A stretch of DNA of 32,000 nucleotides from Pseudodesulfovibrio piezophilus C1TLV30 (GTDB taxonomy: Bacteria > Desulfobacterota > Desulfovibrionia > Desulfovibrionales > Desulfovibrionaceae): assembly GCF_000341895.1 (NCBI RefSeq), contig NC_020409.1, forward strand, positions 450,001-482,000, written 5' to 3'. The notes under the pieces were generated by a model. That model searched no databases and had not been told where the DNA came from. It worked only from the letters and a program-made list of their open reading frames with translations. Every line of letters begins with the position of its first letter. The first letter of the stretch is position 1. The position numbers and the translations under genes are program-made. Below are positions 26,117 through 32,000 of this stretch, piece after piece.

Positions 26117-26233
26117 ACATTTTCACATTCAATTTTTTTGTCGAAAATGTATGTGTGCCCACCACCCACAAATGTGGCACAATGATGGCTAAACCGTCAT
26201 CCTGCTCCGAGCGAAGGACGGTCCAGATGCCAG

Positions 26234-27388
26234 AGAAGTGGGTCTAAGAAACTGGACCACAGCTTAAGGTGGACATATAGAAGCCAAAGGAGGCTTTTCG
26301 ATGTCCAAAAAGAGAAGAAGATTTACTGCTGAATTCAAAGCCCGAGTTGCCCTGGATGCATTGTCCGGAGAACATACTCTTTCCGAACTGGCCAGCAAGT
26401 ATGGTGTCCACACCAATCAGATCTCCCAGTAGAAGATGCAAGCAAAAGAACAGATCGTTGCCGGATTTTCCGGCAAGGCCCAAAAGAGCCAGCATCCAAT
26501 GCTCAGCGTCCGACGGCAATGCAGAATTCTTAGGCTGCAACGCTCAATGTATTACTATCAGCCGATCGGCGAATCTCCGTACAACTTGGCTTTGATGAAA
26601 CGTATTGATGAGTTGTTCATTGAACTGCCGTACTTTGGGACTCGGAAGATGCTCAACATCTTGCGAGATGAAGGGCATTGGGTTGGCCGTGGTCGCCTGA
26701 GAAGACTCATGCGCAAGATGGGCTTAATGGTGATTTACCAAAAGCCAAGGACAAGCCAGCCACATCCGCAGCACAAGACTTATCTGGATTTGTTGCGTCA
26801 TCGGGCGATTACGAAGCCCAATCAGGTTTGGTGCGCCGACATCATGTACATTTCAATGAAACGACGCTTTTTGTATCTCGTAGCAACCATGGATTGGCAT
26901 AGCCGCGCAGTATTGTCGTGGCGTTTGTCGAACACAATGGATGCTGATTTTTGTGTTGCAGTCTTGGAGGATGCGATTAACCGTTATGGCGTTCCTGAGA
27001 TATTTAACACGGATCAGTGGAGTCTGTTTTACCAGCTACGAGTTCACGAAGACTCTGAGGGATGCAGGGCTCCGCATCTCAAGGGAAGGCCGAGGGCGTT
27101 GGATGGACAAGGTCATGATCGAACGCCTCTGGAAGTCGTTGAAATATGAATGTGTTTATTGGCGGGAATTGAAAACAGGAAGTGAGCTACAAAGTGCTCT
27201 GGCCTGGTGGTTCAACTTCTACAATAATCGGCGTCCTCATACAACCTTTGGCGGATGCAAGTCGATGGAGATATATCACAAGCGCGCCCCCTACCCCAGA
27301 GGGGGTGGCCCCGACTAGCGGCGTAGTTACGTTAAACTGTCCACCTTAAAAACGCCGCTCAGTGATCGAACAATGTGGACCCACTTCT
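26234..27388 (+). mobile_element. decayed IS3-family insertion sequence (about 1.15 kb)
   Basis: Terminal inverted repeats AGAAGTGGGTC (26234-26244) and GACCCACTTCT (27378-27388), resembling the IS3-family TGAAGTGG-type ends. There is a second inner inverted match, TTAAGGTGGACA (26274-26285) / TGTCCACCTTAA (27338-27349). The element encloses IS3-type transposase coding sequence. I see no flanking direct repeat. Confidence 0.8.
26301..27318 (+). pseudogene. IS3-family transposase (OrfA HTH + DDE OrfB), inactivated
   Basis: The OrfA-like N-terminus MSKKRRRFTAEFKARVALDALSGEHTLSELASKYGVHTNQISQ ends at an in-frame TAG (26430-26432), where family members have Trp (QISQWK). The same frame continues into the integrase core (LSVRRQCRIL ... 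VWCADIMYI ... FNTDQ). A 1-nt frameshift near 27018 separates the second Asp from the rest (FTSYEFTKTLRDAGLRIS ... MIERLWKSLKYE ... YNNRRPH). The usual leucine-zipper/slippery region between orfA and orfB appears to be missing. Confidence 0.8.
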
Positions 27389-27687
27389 TATGAAGCTCGT
27401 GTACGTGCCGACTTATCAGGGGTAAAATCTCGGTCATTAAATCTCCGTATCAGGAATTTTCACCAATCATTGATCTCTTTCTCAAGGAACTCTTGTTCGC
27501 AGATCGCTTTGCTCGTGACAAACTGACATACCAAGAGTGTGAGTTGCTGATTTTATGGAGATTCTTGAAGCCGTGTTGGCAAAAAAGAAGCTGAAGACGC
27601 TTACAGCCTATATGGAGTTGTTTTGAATGATAGAAAGTAATCAGTCCGCCCCTATGTTTTTTGAGATAAAAGGTCAGATATAACTCC

Positions 27688-27726
27688 AGAGCACACCCAC
27701 CGGCTTATAGCCGGTGGGTGTGCTCT
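27688..27726. terminator. strong GC-rich hairpin at the 3' end of the TPR gene (terminator-like)
   Basis: Perfect 17-bp stem AGAGCACACCCACCGGC / GCCGGTGGGTGTGCTCT with loop TTATA, abutting the stop codon of the minus-strand gene. There is no clear U-tract on either side, so the intrinsic-terminator call is tentative. Confidence 0.5.
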
Positions 27727-29813
27727 TAAAATGGGAACTGAAAATCCTGAGTCTTATTGGGGGGCCCCATCTTATTATTAATAGCATCTATGCGAGCTTT
27801 AGCTGCCTCCCTTTGCGATTTTCTACCTGCATTTTTAACAACAGTGGTCAATAGCCTTTTTGCTGTTGGGTAGTTTCCTCTTTTTTCATAGATCAAAGAA
27901 GCTCGATACATAGCAGTAAGAGCCCATATATTTTCTTGAGGATACTTCCATGCTAGTGTGAGATAGTATTTTAAAGCAGATTCCGTATGTTTGACAGCTT
28001 GTTCTCCTTCACCAAGCCAAAAAAGGATTTCAGCTTTGAGTTCAGTTGACAGATCCTTATTTTCAGTCTGGATGACCAATAATTGTTTTTTAGCGGAAGA
28101 AAAATCACGCTGTTGCTGATAGAGGAGGGCAACTCTTAATCGAATCATTGCGGGAAGGGGAGCATTGAGCTTATCCATCTGATTGAATGTTTCGAGTGCA
28201 GCTTCATTTCTTCCAGAATCAAACTCCAAAGTTGCCTTGGCATTTAACCAGTCAATACGTTGTGATGTTGGCAATTCCGTATGGTTGATTTTGTTGAGAT
28301 AAAATGCAGCCAACTGAAGGTCTTTAGCTTGAAGTGACTGGTGGGTGAGGTAGAGGAGGCACTGAGTCCCGAAGGTTGTTTTTTCAAAAAGGAAAGCTCC
28401 TCTTTTAGCCAATTCTGAAGTTGGCTTTTTTTTGAATTGAGCTTTCCAGTTGGCCAACGTCAAAAGCCTGTCGAGAGGGTAGATCTTATTAGCCAAAATT
28501 TCGAGCTTCTCATCCTGGGATGATATCCAAAATGGGGCTTCTTCGTCTGAATGATCCAGTTCTCCGGCAGCCTGACTGAGTGCAAAGAGCAGGGGAGCGG
28601 TTTGAAGATTTTGCAGACTGTCTTGGGGATATGATTCAGTAAAGTCTTTCTTTAACAAACGCATGTCAGCCAGTTGTAATGTTAGTGGAAGTTGGTTTTG
28701 GACAACACCATCCAACAACGATGGATCTAATGGACCGGTTCCGGTCGCCAAGAGAAGTGCGAGCTTGAAATGGCGAAGAAGAATCCTCGTTTCCGTGGAA
28801 AGCAACATGGAACCTAGCTCATTATCAATCGTTTTTTGGGCATCCTCAAGAGACATTACAAGAACTTTATTTCGAAACTGCGTCCATGTCGCTGAGTTTG
28901 AGTTTCCTAAAAACCAATTGTTTTTGTTATGAACAAAAGGAGCAAGTATATTCCCTTCCCAAAAAGCGCTGGCCTTAATAAATCCACCATCTTGAAAAGT
29001 CGAGAGCCCTTTAGGAACTTGTCCCTGAGCAACATAATCAATGAATGAAACCCAAAAAGATCGAAGAGGAGAATTGGAGATTGTTTGAATTTTTTCTTTG
29101 GAATCATTCACTTTTTCGAGCGAAAGCAAAGCCATTGCTTGTGAAATAGCTAATTTATCTTCTTGTGTAATTGTTAAAGTAACAGTTGACTCTTTTGCAC
29201 TCGTTTTTCCCAACAAGCTAGAATTTTTGATTTTTTTTGATACAACGGACTGTGCTAATTTCCAAAAGTCTGTCCCCCAGATGTCTGAGCCTATTTGAGC
29301 GATTTGTGAGAGTACCTTTTCCTGAGAACTTCTTGAGATAGTGTAATTTGACAAGTATGCCCAATAAAGCTTTAGCCAGACATCTCCCCAGGTTGTCGCT
29401 AGTTTGGCGTCTTTAAAGTACTTGATGAGTTCTTGTTTGTTTTGAACATATGATGCTGCCTGACTGTACCACAGGACAGACTGTGGAAGTCTTCCCAGGG
29501 CTCGGTTGGCTTGACCACCTGTCCATAAACGTTCGAATTCAGTTGCGTTATCACTTAAAGTTGGGAGGGTGTTAATTAGGTCCAAAGCTTTTTCAGGAGA
29601 TTTGAGGTTTAGATATGTTTTTGCTCTCTGGAGGATACTGACAGGTGATAAGGGTTCCGTGTGAGTTGCGTATTCATTTTCCAACACGTCCCATGCTTCA
29701 TATTTTTTAAGCCAGTCCTCAAAAGAATCCGAAGATTTTGCGAGGGCTACGCTTGAAGTCAAGCTCCAAGCCAAAAGGGGTACCAAGAGTATGCCAGTGA
29801 TTTTAAAATTCAT
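27726..29813 (-). CDS. secreted TPR-repeat protein, function unknown
   Basis: About 695 aa. I prefer the ATG at 29813 (MNFKITGILLVPLLAWSLTSSVALA|KSS signal peptide) over the TTG at 29819. The C-terminal third has TPR-like helical repeats (ALLYQQQRDFSSAKKQL, AEILFWLGEGEQAVKHTESALKYYLTLAWKYP, ALTAMYRASLIYEKRGNYPTAKRLL). Confidence 0.75.
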   Translation of the reverse strand: MNFKITGILLVPLLAWSLTSSVALAKSSDSFEDWLKKYEAWDVLENEYATHTEPLSPVSILQRAKTYLNLKSPEKALDLINTLPTLSDNATEFERLWTGGQANRALGRLPQSVLWYSQAASYVQNKQELIKYFKDAKLATTWGDVWLKLYWAYLSNYTISRSSQEKVLSQIAQIGSDIWGTDFWKLAQSVVSKKIKNSSLLGKTSAKESTVTLTITQEDKLAISQAMALLSLEKVNDSKEKIQTISNSPLRSFWVSFIDYVAQGQVPKGLSTFQDGGFIKASAFWEGNILAPFVHNKNNWFLGNSNSATWTQFRNKVLVMSLEDAQKTIDNELGSMLLSTETRILLRHFKLALLLATGTGPLDPSLLDGVVQNQLPLTLQLADMRLLKKDFTESYPQDSLQNLQTAPLLFALSQAAGELDHSDEEAPFWISSQDEKLEILANKIYPLDRLLTLANWKAQFKKKPTSELAKRGAFLFEKTTFGTQCLLYLTHQSLQAKDLQLAAFYLNKINHTELPTSQRIDWLNAKATLEFDSGRNEAALETFNQMDKLNAPLPAMIRLRVALLYQQQRDFSSAKKQLLVIQTENKDLSTELKAEILFWLGEGEQAVKHTESALKYYLTLAWKYPQENIWALTAMYRASLIYEKRGNYPTAKRLLTTVVKNAGRKSQREAAKARIDAINNKMGPPNKTQDFQFPF

Positions 29814-30120
29814 TTGCAAACCTGTAATGTCATCGTTAGTAGGTCATTGATCCTGTATTGATAGTGTAATGTATCAGGCCTCAACAGAACTCTCAATCGT
29901 CATAAATTAAATAAGATTCGTGGTTTCGAATAAGCTTATTTTTTAAAGTTTACATAATTTACATTATGAGACAATCGTTTAAGTGTCTTAAATTAAACAA
30001 TTAAATCAAAAACACTTAGGTTTTAATTTTTCGGGTTGCTCACTTACTGATAAGCTTTCGGTCTATTTTATCTGTTTTTTGTATTAATTGATGTCAGTAA
30101 ATATTAGTTTTCTAAAATAT

Positions 30121-30146
30121 GCTGTTTAAACAGATGTTTAAACAGC
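30121..30146. promoter_or_regulatory. candidate operator: perfect 12-bp inverted repeat with a 2-bp spacer upstream of bioDA
   Basis: GCTGTTTAAACA-GA-TGTTTAAACAGC. Each arm also contains the self-complementary TGTTTAAACA. It lies 95-120 nt upstream of the bioD-bioA ATG, in an otherwise unstructured AT-rich intergenic region. Confidence 0.4.
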
Positions 30147-30240
30147 TCGAATAAATACAAACTTGCTCAAACTTTGGCTCCTATGTATGTTTCTTCTCCA
30201 ATGTTCTCTATTTCAACCTATGAAGATAAACACACATCAT

Positions 30241-32000
30241 ATGAATGGATATTTCATCACTGGAACTGACACGGGTGTCGGTAAAACAAATGTCACTGCT
30301 GCTCTACTTCGCTGCTTCTTGGATGCTGGCCATAATGCTCTTGCGATCAAACCTATTCAAACAGGATGTCGAAAGACTGTTGATGGGTTCATTGCAGAAG
30401 ATGTCGAGACTTACGCGCAGTTTACTGAAAGCTATTTTCCAAAAGGCTATCCTGATGCTTGTTGTCGAAAATTCCATCCTGCTTGTTCCCCTCATCTTGC
30501 GGCTCAACTGGTGGAAGAAGAATTGGATGTTGAAAAGCTCACTTATGACATAAAACAACTTTCTGCAGATAAACAGCTTGTTCTCGTTGAAGGCGCTGGC
30601 GGTGCCCTCGTGCCTCTTGGCCAGGGGGAAACCTTACTAGATCTTATGGAACGACTTGCCCTTCCCGTAATTTTGGTTGCAGACAACCGATTGGGAGTCG
30701 TGAACCATGCGCTTATGACAGTTAAAGCCATTCGTGAACGTGGTCTTACCCTTGCAGGTATCGTGATGACAAATACTTCCCCTGTTCAGGATGATGCTTA
30801 TCTGAGGCAAAACAACATTGAGACGATCGCTGAATATGGTGATGTCTCCATTCTTGCTGAGATTCCATATTTCACGAGAGAAAAACGTGCGATATCTATA
30901 ATTCATCACACGAAAAAAATAGTTGCAGCACTAGAAAAAAAAACAACAGATGATATTGACTGTGTAAAAGCTGAAGTGGATTTTGACCAGAGGTACATCT
31001 GGCACCCATATACTTCCGCTCTTAATCCTTTACCGAGTGTCAAGGTCCATGGCACACGGGGAACAAAAATTATACTGGAAGATGGAGCAGAATTAATTGA
31101 TGGTATGGCCTCATGGTGGTGTGCTATCCATGGTTATGGACATCCTAAGCTCAAAAGTGCTCTCCGCTTCCAACTGGGGAGAATGTCGCATGTTATGTTC
31201 GGAGGGTTGACTCATGATCCAGCCATTAAGCTCTGTCGTAATCTACAGAAAATGACACCGGATGGCCTTGATCATGTTTTTCTCGCAGATTCCGGTTCGG
31301 TAAGTGTAGAAGTTGCCATAAAAATGGCATTGCAATACATGCAGGCGGATGGTCAGAAAAAGAGAACAAAGCTTTTTACAATACGTGGTGGATACCATGG
31401 TGACACCTCTGGGGCCATGTCTGTATGTGACCCAACAGGAGGTATGCATCACCTTTTTTCAAGTCTACTCCCCCAACAGATCTTTGCATCACGTCCATCT
31501 TGTGGGTTTGATGATGAGTTTTTCCCTGCCTGCCTTGATGAAGCCAGAGAGATAATCAGTAAACATGAAGCTGAACTTGCCGCGATAATTCTTGAACCTA
31601 TCGTTCAAGGAGCTGGCGGGATGTATTTTTACCATCCACAGTATCTGTCTGGATTGCGAGCCCTCGCGAATGAATTTGGAATACTTCTTATTCTTGATGA
31701 AATAGCTACCGGATTTGGAAGGACAGGAAAGCTCTTTGCATGCGAATGGAGTGATGTCATTCCGGATATTATGTGTGTTGGGAAAGCTTTGACTGGTGGC
31801 ACTATGACTTTGGCTGCCACATTGGCAACACATGAAGTTGCAGCCACCATCTCTCGTGATGGTGGTGTCTTTATGCATGGCCCGACCTTTATGGCCAATC
31901 CCCTTGCTTGCGCAGTTGCGAATGCGAGTCTTGAAATTTTACAAACAACTAATTGGGCTGATCTTGTCAATAATATTGAAGGTTGGCTGAAGGAAGCCTT
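30241..32000 (+). CDS. bioDA: bifunctional dethiobiotin synthetase / adenosylmethionine-8-amino-7-oxononanoate aminotransferase (BioD-BioA fusion), 3' end beyond window
   Basis: My own frame-1 translation from the ATG at 30241 has no stop through 32000, so it is missing from the ORF track. The BioD part is MNGYFITGTDTGVGKT ... LVEGAGGALVPL ... VADNRLGVVNHALMT. The BioA part starts around 30985 (DFDQRYIWHPYTS ... WWCAIHGYGHP ... ADSGSVSVEVAIKMA ... LILDEIATGFGRTGKLFA ... CVGKALTGG with the PLP Lys). In-frame alternative starts exist at 30220 and 30187. Confidence 0.9.
   Translation, partial: MNGYFITGTDTGVGKTNVTAALLRCFLDAGHNALAIKPIQTGCRKTVDGFIAEDVETYAQFTESYFPKGYPDACCRKFHPACSPHLAAQLVEEELDVEKLTYDIKQLSADKQLVLVEGAGGALVPLGQGETLLDLMERLALPVILVADNRLGVVNHALMTVKAIRERGLTLAGIVMTNTSPVQDDAYLRQNNIETIAEYGDVSILAEIPYFTREKRAISIIHHTKKIVAALEKKTTDDIDCVKAEVDFDQRYIWHPYTSALNPLPSVKVHGTRGTKIILEDGAELIDGMASWWCAIHGYGHPKLKSALRFQLGRMSHVMFGGLTHDPAIKLCRNLQKMTPDGLDHVFLADSGSVSVEVAIKMALQYMQADGQKKRTKLFTIRGGYHGDTSGAMSVCDPTGGMHHLFSSLLPQQIFASRPSCGFDDEFFPACLDEAREIISKHEAELAAIILEPIVQGAGGMYFYHPQYLSGLRALANEFGILLILDEIATGFGRTGKLFACEWSDVIPDIMCVGKALTGGTMTLAATLATHEVAATISRDGGVFMHGPTFMANPLACAVANASLEILQTTNWADLVNNIEGWLKEA

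Noticed and set aside
25817-26169. Minus-strand ORFs 25817-26101 and 25966-26169
   Set aside because: They run antisense across secG, the tRNA-Leu gene and its terminator. Spurious.
26430-26432. In-frame TAG in the transposase read as pyrrolysine or programmed read-through
   Set aside because: The same gene also carries a frameshift and an apparent internal deletion, and TAG replaces a conserved TGG (Trp) by a single transition. Simple decay is the economical explanation.
26244-26540. 98-aa minus-strand ORF inside the IS
   Set aside because: It is antisense to the transposase N-terminus, with no SD and no family resemblance.
26117-27725. Direct repeat of the tRNA-Leu 3' end marking an integrated island (att site)
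   Set aside because: I could not find any copy of GGTTCGAATCCCCCCCTCGGCACCA, or a substantial part of it, downstream within the window.
29926-29956. AATAAGCTTATT palindrome and tandem TTTACAT motifs as BirA half-sites
   Set aside because: GTTTACA resembles one BirA half-site, but no partner TGTAAAC lies at the expected 14-15 bp spacing. The short AT-rich palindrome is plausible by chance in this AT-rich spacer.
30245-31970. ORFs 30245-30553 (+), 30304-30558 (-), 30543-30731 (-), 30637-30909 (-), 31243-31452 (-), 31349-31555 (+), 31489-31878 (-) and 31629-31970 (-)
   Set aside because: All are off-frame or antisense within the open-ended bioD-bioA reading frame, which carries unmistakable BioD and BioA motifs.
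1-32000. CRISPR arrays, tandem repeats, prophage or defence-system genes
   Set aside because: Reading both strands, I found no regularly spaced direct repeats. I also found no nuclease, helicase or methylase clusters and no phage structural or integrase genes. The only mobile DNA is the decayed IS3 element.

Overview
This is 32 kb of what looks like core chromosome from a Gram-negative, flagellated bacterium of moderate-to-low GC. The gene content (LptF/LptG, LolA, MotA/MotB, a YedF-type selenium-metabolism protein, a fused BioD-BioA) and the tmRNA tag ANDNYEYAMAA suggest a Desulfovibrio-like member of the Desulfobacterota. That taxon is inference, not a search result. Gene order, left to right: a 5' gene fragment (-); a DUF342/FapA-like gene tightly coupled to motA and two tandem motB paralogues (+); a convergent operon (-) of a LivK-like periplasmic binding lipoprotein and a Cache-PAS hybrid histidine kinase; ssrA (tmRNA), tRNA-Met(CAT) and uppP (-); a small ORF, lptF and lptG (+); engB (-); aroQ, efp, ftsK and lolA (+); an RsuA/RluB-family pseudouridine synthase and a yedF-like gene (-); a DUF374 acyltransferase-like gene (+); gcvT preceded by a 580-aa protein I cannot assign to any family (-); a small 8-Cys protein (+); an Idi-like Nudix protein (-); rimI, pgk, tpiA, secG and tRNA-Leu(GAG) (+); a decayed IS3-family element; a ~695-aa secreted TPR protein (-); and a fused bioD-bioA gene running off the right edge. 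I saw no CRISPR array, prophage, toxin-antitoxin pair or recognisable defence system. Most of the window is ordinary housekeeping. The items most worth follow-up are the motA-motB-motB stator cluster with its DUF342 partner, the unassignable 580-aa protein, the 8-Cys mini-protein, the binding-protein/hybrid-kinase pair, and a perfect 12+2+12 bp palindrome upstream of bioDA. All product calls come from motif recognition in the supplied translations and my own reading of the DNA, not from database searches.
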